From Malacoraja senta (lineage: Eukaryota): a stretch of 64,000 nt of DNA. The DNA is taken from NCBI GenBank assembly GCA_038087875.1, contig CM075988.1, forward strand, positions 7,876,001 through 7,940,000, in the 5' to 3' direction. Below are positions 46,438 through 60,030 of the stretch, one piece after another (the first letter of the stretch is position 1; the number at the start of each line of letters is the position of its first letter). The position numbers and the translations under genes are program-made. The notes under the pieces were generated by a model, which was not told the DNA's origin, did not search any database, and was given only the letters and a program-made list of their open reading frames with translations.

Positions 46438-48118
46438 CGGCACGATGGCCCTGCCTTACAGTGTCAGAGACCTAGGTTTGTTCCTGACTATGGGTGCTGT
46501 CTGTACGGAGTTTGTACATTCTCCCCATGACCACATGGGTTTTATTCGGGTGCTCTACTTACAATGATACACTTTACTTCCCTCCCACATTCCAAAGACA
46601 TACAGGTTTACAGGTTAATTGACTTCGGTAGGGATTGTAAATTGTCCCTATTGTGTAGGATAGTGCTAGTGTACAACGATCGCTGGTTGGCGTGGACTTA
46701 ATGGGCCGAAGGGCCTGTTTCCACGATGTATCTCTGAACTAAACTATAGGCTGGCCTGCTGAGCGTGTTCCACAGGCTTTCTATTGGCAATGAATGTACA
46801 GACAAAGAAGCATAATGTGCTCTGAGTTTCCACATGAACTCATTTGGTCCCCTCCATCAAAGATATTCCCTTCATTCCACCCACCCAGCTTTCACTTCCC
46901 CACCACTAACCTCTTTTCCCTCATTTCCGGTTCCAGTAAAAGGGATCCCTGGCCTGAAACGTTAACTCAGTTTCTCTCTCTACGGTGCTCTGTCACCAGC
47001 TATTTTATTTTCCATTTTTATCAGTAATTAAAGCAGTGGAGAGTGCTTAACCCGATGGAGGAAGCTGCTTGACCGACCAAACACATTCAGCATGTTCTAT
47101 TTTCTCTTGGGCTGACAGACTTTCTCCATCAATGTTCTTCTCCACCTCTTCAAATTGTGCCTTCTCATTGCGCCTCTCCACGTTCTTCCTACCAAACTGT
47201 AAAATGTTACCTTCCTGAGCATTAAATTACATAAATTCTGAACATTAAATTAAGCGGCCACTCAAGCCTTGAGAGCTTTCCTTTTTGGACGTCTCCCCAG
47301 CTACTCACATGTCTACAGAATGTTTTTTGGACTAACTTGGACATTTCCTGCAAACTTTTTCTCTTTGTCTCTCTTATTTCCATTTTTTAACTTTACTCTA
47401 AACTTTCTGTAATCAGCCTAAGTTTCATGTGTTAAGACCCTGACCTCTGCCTTTGTGTCAGGTTAATTTTAGTCTTTATTACTTTTAAAAACATGTAAAT
47501 GTTTTTTTAGGAAGGTTTCTTAACAGTATGTATCTTTTCTCTATCATCTCTATCTTTTTGGTCATAAGGGAGCTCTGGCTTCCATTTCTCCAATCTGCTC
47601 CTCATGGCAATGTACTTAAATATCTCCATATTAAGTACTTTTCAGGTCAGTTACAAATTGTTCTATCGAGCATTAGTTCCAATTTACCCAAATCTATTCT
47701 CATCCCATTGAGGTCGGCCCACCTTTATTTATAATGATCTTGGTACATTCTATATCAATTTCACATCTGAAGATATTATTTTCAGTGTTTCCTTGATGCT
47801 CCCCAATCGTTGCACCACCTAGTTTTTAGTTTTAATTTTAGAGATACAGTGTGGAAATGGGCCCTTTAGCCCAACGAGTCTGCGCTGACCAACAATCACC
47901 CATATACCAGTTCTATCCTACACATTAGGGACAATTTACAGAAGCCAATTAACCTACAAACTTGCACGTCTTTGGAAAATAGAAGGAAACCAGAGCACCA
48001 AGAAAAAACCCACATGGTCACAGGGCGAATGTGCAAACTCCGTACGCACAGCACCCGTAGTCAGGATCGAACCTGAGTCACTGGTGCTGTAAGGCAGCAA
48101 CTCTACCGTTGCACCATT
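46438..48118. repeat. HE1-like V-SINEs (about 46438-46745 plus and 47820-48118 minus)
   Basis: V-domain and CR1-like tails. Confidence 0.8.
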
Positions 48119-48356
48119 GTTCTGCTGGCTCATTTCCTCAAACTCAGTCCAGAAATGTAACCTTCATTGTCAGGCCAGAAGTCTATTAATTCAGAAAGAT
48201 TTCCTAAACTCACTCCTCCTCCTTCCTCCTTATGTTACGCACACTTCAATGTATATTTGGTTAGGAAGGAACTGCAGATGCTGGTTTAAATCGAAGATAG
48301 ACACAAAAGCTGGAGTAACTCAGCGGGACAGGCTGCATCTCTGTAGGGAAGAAATG

Positions 48357-48391
48357 GGTGACGTTTCGGGTTGAGACCCTTCTTCAGACTG
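48357..48391 (-). ncRNA. Minimal type I hammerhead ribozyme motif in a Penelope-derived repeat
   Basis: Reverse complement CAGT-CTGAAGA-A-GGGT-CTCA-ACCC-GAAAC-GTC-ACC contains CUGANGA, stem II, GAAA, palindromic ACGT and a GUC site. Confidence 0.7.
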
Positions 48392-48534
48392 GTCAGGAGA
48401 ATGGGAAACGAGAGATATAAATGATGAGAGAGAGGGATAAAGAACAATGAATCAATCTGAATGAACAATGTATATTTGTATGTTTGAAAACACCCATTAT
48501 CACTTTTTTTGCTTTTTCACATATCTAGAAATTA

Positions 48535-50370
48535 GTCATAGAGTCAGGCAGTGTGGACAGAGGCCTTTGGGCCCAACTTGCCCACACCAACCAACACACC
48601 CAATTTACACTAGTCCCTCCTGCCTGCGTTTGGCCCATATCCTTATAAATCTGTCCTATCCATGTATCTGTCTAAATGTTTCTTAAACGTTGCAATAGTA
48701 CCTGCCTCAACTACCTCCTCCAGCAGCTCGTTCCATACAGCTACCACCCTTTGTGTGAAAATGTTACCCCTTAGATTCCTATTAAATCTTTCCCCCTTCA
48801 CCTTAAACCTGTGTGCTCTGGTTTTTGATTTCCCAACTCTGGTCAAATTTCCATGCAAATTCCCTCTTCAATGTCCTACTCCCCAGTTGATGGTTGATAG
48901 AATAGCCCCGATGGTGATATCACACCTCTGCTGTTTCATAGCTATAGAAAGCTTGCATCCTTGATCATTCCAGGACATTCCCTCTCTCCAGCCCTGCTAA
49001 CATCCGAGCACTGCCTCCCTCCCTCCTTTCTTCCTTCCCAGTCTCTGGCAATATTTAAGTTGATGTGTTGAATGTTTCTGGTCTAATAGGCAGCCGAATT
49101 CGGCATGAGTCTCCTCGGCTATTCCAACGCACTTCACAATGAACTGCTTGTCGTTGTACTTCTCATTCTTCTCAGCAACATACTTGAGATTAGTACTCAG
49201 TGGGTGAAAGAGGAAGAGTTTAATGTGGGGAAGTGTGAGGTCATGCACTTCAGTAAAAGGAATCAATAGGAGGATTATAATCTAAATAGAGAGAGCTACC
49301 GCAAGTAAGTAAAATAAAGAGGGATCTAGGTATTCCAGTGTATGTCATAAAATGTTAAGAGTCAGGTCTAACAAGTAGTTCCAAAAGTAAATACCATTTT
49401 GGCCATTATTGGAAAGGGGTTAGAGTTTTAAAATTGGGAGGTTTTATATTGTAGCATAGAGTGCTGGTGAGGCCACACTTGGAATATTGTATTTAGTTTA
49501 GCTACCCTTACTTAAATATAGGATAAAGTATTGGAGACAGTTGAGAGGAGGTTCACTAGGGTGTAACTCCTGGGATGTGAGGGCTTTCCTATTCAAAGAA
49601 GAGATAGTTTGTGGCAGGAAAGATGTCCATACACCATCTTTACCAATCTACTTGTGTTGTTACTATCAGGGAGTTATGGACTTGCACTGCAAACTATCTC
49701 TGTACATCAATGATATTAAGGGTTCTGCCACTAACTGTATACTTTCTCCCAAAATTTGATCTCCCAAAGAGCAACACCTCACACTTTCCCAAATTAAACT
49801 CCATCTGCCATTTCTCTGTCCATGTCTGTAACAGATTTATCTCCTGCCTATCCTTTGACAGCCTTCTTCACTGTCCATACCTCCCCAAGGAAGCTGGATA
49901 AGGCAGATGGGGAGATGGTGAGATGTTTTCCCTCACCGGAGTCACGAATAAGGGGACATAATTGCAAGATAAGAAGCTGGTTATTTAAACGTGAGATGTG
50001 AAGAAATGTCCTCCCTCAGGGGACAGTGAATCTCTGGAATTCTCTGTCCCAGAAGATGATCCTGGCATCATCTTGAAACGTTCGATTTATCAGGTTTCAA
50101 GCTCTTAAGAATATTGCGTGTTATCTTTGCTTTATAGTGGGTTATTCACCTCTGGTAGATGAAAGGGTCCCTAGTTATGATGGGGTGTGGACCTACAATG
50201 TACTTCTTCCATTAAGGACTCATTGACTCGATTAGAGTCATATAGTCATTCTGCGTGGAAACAGGCCCATCGGCCTAACTTGCCCACACCAACCAACACG
50301 CCCCATCTACACTAGCCCACCTGCCTGCCTTTGGCCCATACCCCTCAATCTATCCTATCCATGCACCAAT
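48535..50370. repeat. Several degraded CR1 fragments in both orientations
   Basis: RAHRFKVKGERF...FTQRVVAVWNEL (minus, 48643-48858), FNVGKCEVMHF (plus, about 49220) and 3' UTR remnants. Confidence 0.65.
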
Positions 50371-50451
50371 TAGTAGGTGTAGGTCAATTATGGAAGAAAT
50401 GTTGATACTGAGATCTGACAGACCATAAGTTCATGTTGGATTCACACTGCT

Positions 50452-50464
50452 GTTGCTAGGCAAC
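50452..50464. promoter_or_regulatory. RFX X-box
   Basis: GTTGCTAGGCAAC, with a second weaker site GTTGCCATTGACAG at about 50483. Confidence 0.4.
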
Positions 50465-51384
50465 TTGACAACAGCAAACATTGTTGCCATTGACAGATTG
50501 TTAATCACCCTGAGAGAACTCCTGTTACTTCAACAAACTGAGGATACAACTATGATCACTGAGCAGAACAGCGTTGTTCTAGAGATTAAGCTTGAGTCTC
50601 TCTGCTTTTAGTGAAGGCATGCAATTTGCTGGGGTTAAGAGTGAATGAATGAGCGGGTTCAAGACAGCAAGAAGTAGGGTTCCTCGGCAGAGGCGGTGTC
50701 GGGATCAGAGACACCATTCTGAATTATTTGTGAAAATGTGTCTCACGGCCCTCTCTCCACCCCCCGCCCTCTGCCCACCTATCCAAAACCCCTTCCTGCC
50801 TGAGAGGCTTCTGCAGAAACATTAGCTCATTGCATTCTTTAATCCGTGATAAATGTTGGGAAAAGTGCCTGTACGTGTGGTGAAAGGACAACCAGTTTGG
50901 GTAAAAAGGACTTAATGAGTCAGAGCCAATCCTATTAGTTCCGGGCTGTGTGCCTGGTGTGGAAAGCAACCAGGTTTTAAAAGAGCAATTTGAACGACAG
51001 GCCTTGGAAACAGGCAGAGAGCTCAGCTCACAGCTCACAGCTCTCACAGCTGGACCATGTAATTCCACCGCCTTCACTTGTTTCCTCCTGCACATTTTGA
51101 TGAAAGAACGATGCTCCTTTACATTGAGTCCCTCTTGCCCACCTCACCAACCATTCTTTAGCCCCTCACCATACCTTTACAGATGCACCATAGAAAGCAC
51201 CCGAAATGGATGCAACGCAGCTGGATGTGGCATCCGGTCTGCCCAATGTCACAAAACAATTGTGGGTAATTGTGAAACATGGTTCAGTCCATCCCTCAAA
51301 CCAGCCTCTTCACCCCCCCCCCGCCACCACCACTCTACATATAGACCCAGTCTACACTTCACCCTTTGGAAAGCAGTCAACAGT

Positions 51385-51412
51385 CTGAAGAAGGGTTTCG
51401 GCCCGAAACGTT
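51385..51412 (+). ncRNA. Minimal hammerhead motif in a Penelope-derived repeat
   Basis: CTGAAGA-A-GGGTTTCGGCCC-GAAAC-GTT. Confidence 0.6.
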
Positions 51413-52106
51413 GCCTATTTCCTTCGCTCCATAGATGCTGCCTCACCCGCTGAGTTTCTCCAGCATTTTTTTCTACCTTCGATTTTCCAGCATCTCCAGT
51501 TCCTTCTTAAACAACATAATCAAGGACTGCTCACTCTCACACCCATGTCGTTCTCTCTCTTCTCCCCTCTCCCCTCTCCCCTCTCCCATAAAGCCTGAAA
51601 GCATGCACCAACAGATTCAAGAACAGCTTCTTCCCACTGATATTAAACTCTTAAACAGACCTCTCATAAGCTAACAATGAATTCCTGATCTCCCAATCTA
51701 CCTTGTGCGGTCCCTGCACTTTTTCTATGTGCACGTCACCTGTGACTGTAAGACTACTTTCTGCATACTGTTTACTTTTCTCTCTGGCATTACCTTGATG
51801 TACTCATGAATGGCATGATATATCTGGAACTTTTCACCATATCTCAGTACCTGTGACAAAAATAAATCAATAATAATAACAATAATAGTAAGATTAAACG
51901 AGAACTTACCAGTTTGAAGTTTGATCTTGATTTTATGAGGAGTTACGATGAGCGATTACGTGAAGAAGGCCGTCCAGGCGCATGCGCGTCATTCTTTGAA
52001 GCAGCGGTCTGAAATCACAGATAAGAGAATTGACCTGAGGATAGTAAGATTTTGAAGAACTGGAACTACCAGATGACCTTGATAATATGAGGGTGGGACC
52101 GGTGGG

Positions 52107-52219
52107 CACGTAATCGCTCATCGTAACTCCTCATAAAATCAAGATCAAACTTCAAACTGGTAAGTTCTCGTTTAATCTTACTATTTTACTTCTGAGTCAC
52201 GTGAGTGACTACGTGAAGA
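52107..52219. repeat. DIRS internal complementary region (ICR)
   Basis: 52107-52185 is the exact reverse complement of 51884-51962 (79 bp). 52183-52219 is the reverse complement of 56558-56594 with one mismatch. Confidence 0.93.
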
Positions 52220-54741
52220 TTTTAAAGCTCTGTGATTTCACGCCGTGGAAAAAACGAGTCCACACAATCACGACTGCCTCAGTTTACCACAGGTAAGGGT
52301 AAACATTAATAATGCATTCAGACATGACATAGTTTTAAAACATGCTGATGCTGATAAATGAACTAATAATAATAATAGTAACCCCTCTCATCCGGGGGGA
52401 AACTATAAAATAGAACCTAAAATAGAGTTGGCAAATACCCCTGGTCTGGCAATGGGTTAAAATAAAATGTTTGGAAAACTCGTTCCCTACACCATCCTGC
52501 AGTCGGCAGGATGTGGCCCAGAGGACCGTACATAACCCTTGCTGCTGAAGTAGCAGCCCTGGTGGAGTGAGATTAGAAAATTAGAATTTGTATCTACTCC
52601 TGTATGAGCCAGAACCCCTTATAACCACCTGGAAGTGGTCTGAACTGATACCTTCTAATGAGGTTTTTAGTAACTAACTACATAGGTAGTTTGAGAGCCT
52701 CTAAGGCTCTAGGTGATCTAGACGTAATGTTGTAAACGTGTGACCACACATAACCGAAGGTGCATGGGGTATGCCATGAGAACTAGTTTGAGACCTGACA
52801 CACTGGCTGCCCTGCTTAACTGATCGTAAACACGGAATATTAAATTATGAGCAGGTATAACCATCCTGTCCAGTCGCAATTTATGTAATGACTGGACCCG
52901 TTGCGCTGAGGACAGTGCCAAAGGGATACTACCTTGTGAGAGCCGAGCCAATGATAGGAATAGCTGGAGCCCCCTGGTAAAGTAGTGTTAACACAATGTC
53001 AATATCCCATACTTCTGTGTACTTGGGTCTGGGAGAACTTGTGTAAAGATATCCTAATAAACTGGAATCAGAGGGTGAGACCCGACAGAGCTGGGTCCCG
53101 CTCGCTGCAGCAAATATGACGAGAAGCACGTTGGCACAGTTGATGGGACTATAACTTAATTATTGTCAAGGGCCCATTGAAAAATGAACTTTAAGACGTC
53201 AGTGTCCATGCCGTATTTATATGTAACATAGTGTTTAAACAGAAACGCTTCCCATCTCCTGAAGAGGAAATGTACTGCATTGCTGGTGCTACCCTGCACA
53301 CTGCAGTGAGCACATACATACATGGATCGGTCTGACATCCCGAGCTGCAGGGGTTGTCTTCTCAGATTCTGTAAGGCAATGAATTGATTAATCATGCAGA
53401 GGCTGGTTCCCCGAGTCCCAGGCTGAACCAGCAAAGTTTATGTTTAGAAACCCCATATAGGGTTCTGCTATAATTCCCAACATTGTGGGAAACCATGGCT
53501 ACATAGGCCAGTCAGACAGTACGAAAACCCCTGAAGCGGGATCTTGCTGAATTTGTTGCAAGACCCGACTGATGAGGCAAAATGGAGCAACGACATAAAA
53601 GAACATTCCTCCGTGTAGCGAGAATGTATCTCTCGCCATTGTTATGCCAGATGTCTTGCAACCGGTGAAAGAGCCTGGATGCAAACATATCGATATTCGG
53701 TGTTCCATTGAGCCATGATGTTATAAAATACTTAGTGATCCAACATCCATTCTGTGTTGTCATTGATTTACGTGATGATACACCAACGCCAAATAAGGTT
53801 GGGTAAATATGACAGGATACTTTGGCTTGATTGCACCCATGTGACAAACAAATGCCACCACCACAGTGTATCAACGTGGAACTGAGCATGCATATCCGCA
53901 CAATAACCCTTTAACCCATAGTATGCACCTAGTGTCTATAGGTAGTTGATACCAATAACTGAAGAATTGGTAATTCATGCAAATCTCATTTGTCTCCATA
54001 ACTAGAGATGGCATTTGTAATTTTGCATCTTAGAGCACTTGCATCAGTTTGTAATAACTGAAGATTTGTTGAACAACTACTGGAGCAATGCTGAATATTG
54101 TTCGTCCACCATTGTAGCTTTGGTGGCTTCAGCTGGTAAAAGCATAGATCCGTTACCAAATTGCACAGCCGAAACACAGCTGCTATATTACCAATTTACA
54201 CTTGATAAATAGAAGACTGCTTGATAACAAGATTGTTACAGGCTTCTATTGATTCCAATCTCTTGCCCCAGGGCGGAGTCACAGATAATGAATAGTTAAT
54301 GGTAATACCGAATAACCAATAACTGTAGTTGGTATAAACTTTAATTAACTGTTGATCTTAGCAAAGACAGCGTTTAGAATATCATCCAGTTAAGCCATAA
54401 CAAGTGATTTTTGAGCTCTGAGCAGTCCCAGCATCGGTTTAGTAATTTGGTAGATAACCTGGGAGCTGAAATAGCCCATAGCAATGCATAACCATTAACA
54501 TAGCCCCATCCAGAAACCCAAATGTCTCCTGGGATCCCTGTAAATGGGACCTGAATAGTGTTCAACTTTGAAATAGATGCATGCCATAAAGATCCTAAAG
54601 AAACGGTTTGTTGGACAGTAACGAAGTTCCATATACTGAAGAATCTATGTTGCACATGCTAGTTAAATCAATTTTAATCTGACATCCTCCATCATTCATA
54701 ATGAGCAGGCCACGCCTGCCATAATACGTTTCTCTTGAGTT

Positions 54742-54968
54742 GACAACTCTGGCCAACTTCCCGGGTCTGTCTCGGAAGGTGACCCTGGCCATTATACTGA
54801 GCCTGCCTCGAAAGACAACTCTGGCCATAACACTGGGCCTGCCTAGGAAGGCACTGCGGCCATAATTCTGAGCCTGCCTCGAAAGACAACTCTGGCCATA
54901 TGTCCGAGTTTGTTCCAGAAGTAATCCTGGGCATAAAACTGAGCCTGCCTCGAAAGACAACTCTGGCC
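54742..54968. repeat. About 36-bp minisatellite (about 6.4 units, alternating A/B variants) inside the DIRS RT region
   Basis: Recurrent CTGAGCCTGCCTCGAAAGACAACTCTGGCC. Translates on the minus strand as ARVVFRGRLS-like repeats. Confidence 0.85.
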
Positions 54969-55744
54969 CCAATTCCAAGCCAAGCTTGGTATCCTAGCAT
55001 ACTGTGCAATAATGACCCAATCTCATGTTATCTTTCATTTGTACAAAAAATTGTAAATACCAATTTGTAAATGGTCCACTACCTCATGTTTAGGAGGAAC
55101 CAAACCCACCTACCTCCGTGTTTACCTGTGGTCTGTGGTAAGTCCAACAGCCCTATGTGGGTTTTATTCCCGTCCTTGATTGGAGAGTGTATGAGGATTC
55201 CATATGTCCTGACTGGTTTGGACCTTGGCCTGAAAAGCCTTGCCCAGCTATCAAGCTGCCACCTGTTTCAGTGAACTGCTACTGCTGTTAAGGCGTGGGG
55301 TGTGTTGTCGCCGATACGATGAAGCTTTGTTCATCGTTGGTACCTTGATCAGTCCGCCAACTTTTGCTTCCTCATCCAGGTATATCTGTTGGATAAGTCT
55401 TACCTGAAGATATTCGGCGGCTGGTTTCATTTCCTCCAATGTCACCCCTGATAGCGCTGTTCACTGCCGGCACTTGTAGCGTGAGGGGAAACTCTGGCCC
55501 CTCCGGGTTTTTCTGCCCACTGCAGTAACCCATTCGTTTGCGAGTATTTCCTTAGAGCCATATGCATGTGCTCCTGTATGTTCCACGGACATACTTTGAA
55601 TTTGAAATCAGTTACACACTGACCACTCGCACTCCCCTCCACAGAGAGGGAGATTCGTAGGCAGCCCTGAAAACAGGTGCTGCGCAGGTCCCTGAGGATA
55701 CCTGCGCTGACCATGGACCTAAATCTTTTTTTTTTTTTTAATTC

Positions 55745-55753
55745 TTATTTATT

Positions 55754-55835
<82 letters not shown>
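55745..55835. repeat. (TTTA)n/(TTA)n microsatellite within DIRS
   Basis: Directly visible simple repeat. Confidence 0.95.
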
Positions 55836-55837
<2 letters not shown>

Positions 55838-56919
55838 TTTTTTTCCCTCTGAGTCAGACAGGAGCTGACTCCAAATTCTCCCCTCCTCAGAGAGGGAGAC
55901 ATAGTGCAGCTGCCGTTGCCGTGAGCCCTCCCCCCCCCCCCCCCATGGGGACCCGTGGTGATAACTCCCTCCTTTGAAGTACATCATTGTGGAGCACCTC
56001 TCCATCAGGTGCTCCATGTGGGTTTGAATGCTCAAAGGCGTTACCCATGAAGGAGGGGATCCTCTCCATCAGGAATCCTCCTGGCCCGACTTGTTTGAGT
56101 CAACGTGGCGTCTTCCAATGCTCTGGGAGATATATCGTGGCTACCCTCCAAGCGGGTGCCTAGGTGCTACCGGCACCAGTCTGAAGCCGCTGGCTCCATC
56201 CAGCGACTCAAAAGGCGAATTTTGACCGGCCCCGCTACCGCATACCCGCGGTCTCCGTAGCGGGTTCCCGCGGTCCGTTTCCGGGATTCCCCGAGGTCAT
56301 GACCGGGATTCCCTCTGGTCAGTGACTGGGGTTGCCCGCGGCCCATGAAGGTTCCCCCGCGGCTGCCCGGACTTCGCCCCGAACTTCCGCAGGAAAAACC
56401 CTGAAAACAGGGAATCCTGCAAAAGAAAAACATAACCTTAAACTAAGTTTAAAACTTACCTTGGGGTTTAAACTTACCGCTGGCAGGAGCGGCGCCCTGC
56501 CAGACCGACGTAGCGCAATACGGTAGATGTAATGACGCGCTTGCGCCTGGACGGCCTTCTTCACGTAGTCACTCACGTGACTCCGAAGTAAAATTTCTGC
56601 AGGAGGGCTCTTGCCCATTAACTTTCTTTTTCTTTATAACCCAAAGTTCTGGAGCTTTAGTTCAGGATCTATTCACTGTTTCACTACCGTAACCTAGGAG
56701 AACAGGCGAGGTTGTGATAGTGACCCAGGATTGTATTATGGACAAGGGGGAAGGTATTAGGATGGCACTGGGCTTGAGTTCTCTTAACTATGCACCGATG
56801 CAATGGCACTGAGGCAGGAGGAGTAGCTCGGTGGTGTGATATCCCGAGAGCCATGGACCCTGGGCCGGAGAGGCTACTTGATATCACTGTGGCAGATTAT
56901 GGAGAGTAGGACGTTCTTT

Positions 56920-57155
56920 TAGGAAAGAGATGAGGAGGAATTTCTTTAGTCGGAGGGTGGTGAATCTGTGGAATTCTTTGCCACAGAAGGCTGTGGAGGC
57001 CAAGTCGGTGGATATTTTTAAGGCAGAGATAGATAGGTACATGTGTCAGAGGTTATCGAGAGAAGGCAGGAGGGAGAGATCAGCCATGATTGAATGGCGG
57101 AGTAGACTTGATGGACCGAATGGCTCCATTCTACACCTATCACTTATGACCTCAT
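56920..57155 (+). repeat. CR1 3' fragment
   Basis: MRRNFFSRRVVNLWNSLPQKAVEA plus 3' UTR. Confidence 0.8.
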
Positions 57156-58223
57156 GACCCAATGAACCAGAAGAATACTTACCAATGCAACATTCTAATT
57201 GGCTAGATCAGGCACGTCAGGTTGAGATGCATTCTGATTGGCAGGTCAAGTATAGGTCAAGGATAGACACAAAGTGCTGGAGTAACTCAGTGGGTCAAGC
57301 AGCATCTCTGGAGATAAAGGATGGGTAACATTTTGGGTTGGGACCCTTTTTCAGGCTCGTCTGTAGGTCAATGTTGGTGAACCTCCCCACTGACCCTCTC
57401 TTGAGAAATATTGTTCTCATATCCCATTCATCGCCTATACATTGCTAAACTCAACCACGTTGACATAATTTTATATTTTCCCACATTCGCATCTGTTTTC
57501 TGATCTTTCTAAATCTCGCGTAATTTTTCTTTCCTCTGACATTTTGTTGAAACCAACCATGACAAGTTTATTGTCAGTTATGTCTGCAGCAGTCAGAGGA
57601 GGGAGCTGAGGGAATATTGTTCTGACCCCAGAGACCCCATGTTCCCGCTGATCCACACAATCATATCCTTACAGTGGTTTACAGCAGGCTTTTGCTCGCT
57701 GTGATAAATTGAGCTTCGGAGAGGAGTAGGGTACTTTGCGCCCACAAATCAGTTGAGACTTTCACAGAAGATCAGAAAGTAATCATTCTGACACTAACTA
57801 AAGGCAGAAACTCGCCAGAACAAAACCCTAGCACGGCACGGCACCACAGCTAAAGCCCCACTCCATAAAGAGAGCTTTCACAGGAGGACAATGGTGCTAA
57901 CCATCGACTCAATTTCGTTTTGCATGGGTCTTAATTATCTTGACGAGTGAAAGGGACAATGTCTCATTAATCGGAGCGGATCGAGTTTGCAGAATGAAAG
58001 GCCTGTTCGCGTTACAGGACTTTTTAACTGACACCCTGGGGTGCAACAGAAGACTTTGACTCTTGATGCAGCAAGACGAACAAGAATACCCAGCAGGGGA
58101 ATCCCAGCAAGCCTCACTGGGAGGTAGGCCGCTCAGATTTCCATTCTGCCCCAGCCTGATGAAAGTCCTCACAGTGTAACATATCGAATGGAAAAGTGGG
58201 AAATTGTCAAAGGAAAAAACTAA

Positions 58224-58261
58224 TCACGTGAGCATCATTAGTTATCTGTTGTCATGGCAAC
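58224..58261. promoter_or_regulatory. E-box (TCACGTGA) next to an RFX X-box (GTTGTCATGGCAAC)
   Basis: Motif matches in non-repetitive DNA; function untested. Confidence 0.35.
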
Positions 58262-59204
58262 ACCATTGCCCACACTCTCCGTGCTTCCCCTGATGTCTAC
58301 ACCATTATGTTGACCACGAGGAGATCCCAAGATCTTGATGTTTCTCCCATGACGGGATGCACTGGAATGTGGACCCCATTCCCTGGGATTTAGGGAGACA
58401 GCTTGTGTTTGGAGGCATAAATTATAGTTTAGTCTAATTTAGTTTAGTGTCACGTGTACTGAGGTACAGTGAAAAGCTTTTTGTTGCATGCTATCCGGTC
58501 AGCGGAAGTCTATACATGGTTACAATCAAGCTGTCCACAGTGTACAGATACAGGATATAGGGAATAACATATCGTGCAAGATAAAGTCCGATTAAAGATA
58601 GTCCGAGGGTCTCTAGTGAGGTAGATAGTAGCTCAGGACCACTCCCTATTTGTTGATAGAATGGTTCAGTTGCCTGGGAAGAAACTGTCCCCGAATCTAG
58701 AGGTATGCACTTCCACACTTTCCACTACCGCTTGCCTGATGGGAGAGGGTATATGAGGGAGGGCCACTCAGTCCCAGTGCTTCACGAACGTCTCTGTGCT
58801 TAGGTCATGTAAATTAACCAGAAGAGAGACCAGACCTAGTATGAAGAAGGATTATGACCTGAAACCTCGTCTGTCCATGCTGCCTGACCCGCTGAGTTCC
58901 TCTAGCATTCCGGGTTTTGCTAAATCAACCAGAATGTGGGTTTTCAGATCCCAATTTCCTCATGACACTATTGAACACAAAAATACAAAAGCACAAGAAC
59001 ATAAAAACACATAAAAACACAAGACAATAGGAGCAAGAATAGGCCACTCGGCCCTTCAAGCCTGCAAACCCCCCCCCCATTCAATATGATTATGGCTGAC
59101 CTAATCTAGGCCTCAATTCCGTCTCTTCAGGTCCACATAGGCCTCCATTTTCCAGTCTTTCAGTAAGAATTAGAGGCTGAATGGACTGTCCCTATTTCTA
59201 GACT

Positions 59205-60030
59205 TTAGGTCAAGAGTCAAGCGTGTTGAATTGTCATATGTACCAAAACGGAACAATAAAATTATTTCTTGCAGCAGCACAACACGTTTGAAAACACAAT
59301 CTTTATCTAAACAACCAAAAAATTAAAAATATATATAGTGCACAAGCAACACAAAGGCCGAATGCAACCAAGACAGTTCATAGTACGGAGTTTAGTTGGA
59401 TTATGTAGTGTTCAATAGCCTGATGGTTATTGGGAAGAAACTGTTCCTGAACCTCGATGTCATAATATTCCTTCTTCAGGGGTGAAATGAGAGTGTGGCC
59501 AGGATGGTGTAGGTCCTTGATGATATCTGCTGCCTTGTTAAAGCAGCGCCCCCTATAGATTACATCGATGGATTGAATACTTCTAATTAAATAGAGATAT
59601 TGCTGGGCTATCTTCATTATTGTATCAACGTGCTGGGTCCAGGACAGATCTTCAGAGATATGCACGCCTGGGAACTTGAAGTTGTTGTCTCTCTCTACTG
59701 CCGACCTCTTGATGAAAACAGGTTTGTGGATCCTTGGACTTCCTCTTCTAAAGTCAACAATCAGCTCCTTGGTTTTGCTGACATTGAGAGCAAGGTTGTT
59801 ATTCTGGCACCATTCCATCAGATGATCGATCTCCCTCCAATACCATGACTCATCATCATCCGTCATCTGTTCAAAAGCAAATTTAAAGACGGAGTTCCAA
59901 CCATGTTCGGCCACACAGTCATGGGCGTAGAGCAGAGCAGGGGGCTGAGCACACAACCTTGAGGTTATTAACCCTGTCCTGTAGTTATTGAGGAGGAAGT
60001 GTTGTTGCCAATTTGTGTTGATTGTGTATG
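59205..60030 (-). mobile_element. Decayed Rex1-type LINE fragment
   Basis: LYAHDCVA...WCQNNNLALNVSKTKELIVDFR...GVHISEDLSW, homologous to 10024-11204 with internal deletions. Confidence 0.85.

Larger units (their letters stand above)
51884..56594 (-). mobile_element. Complete DIRS1-type tyrosine-recombinase retrotransposon with decayed ORFs
   Basis: ITRs at 51957-51993 and 56531-56567. The internal complementary region 52107-52219 matches both termini. Both ends share AAT. Minus-strand RT, RNase H, methyltransferase-like (NIDMFASRL...PFCLISRVLQQIQQD) and YR (SHSTRAATSAA...TAGW) remnants. Confidence 0.93.

Noticed and set aside
54742..54968. CRISPR-like repeat-spacer appearance
   Set aside because: The apparent spacers are diverged copies of the same 36-bp unit, the context is a eukaryotic DIRS element, and there are no cas genes.
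55677..56035. Poly-Leu and poly-Asn ORFs
   Set aside because: These are translations of the (TTA)n microsatellite.
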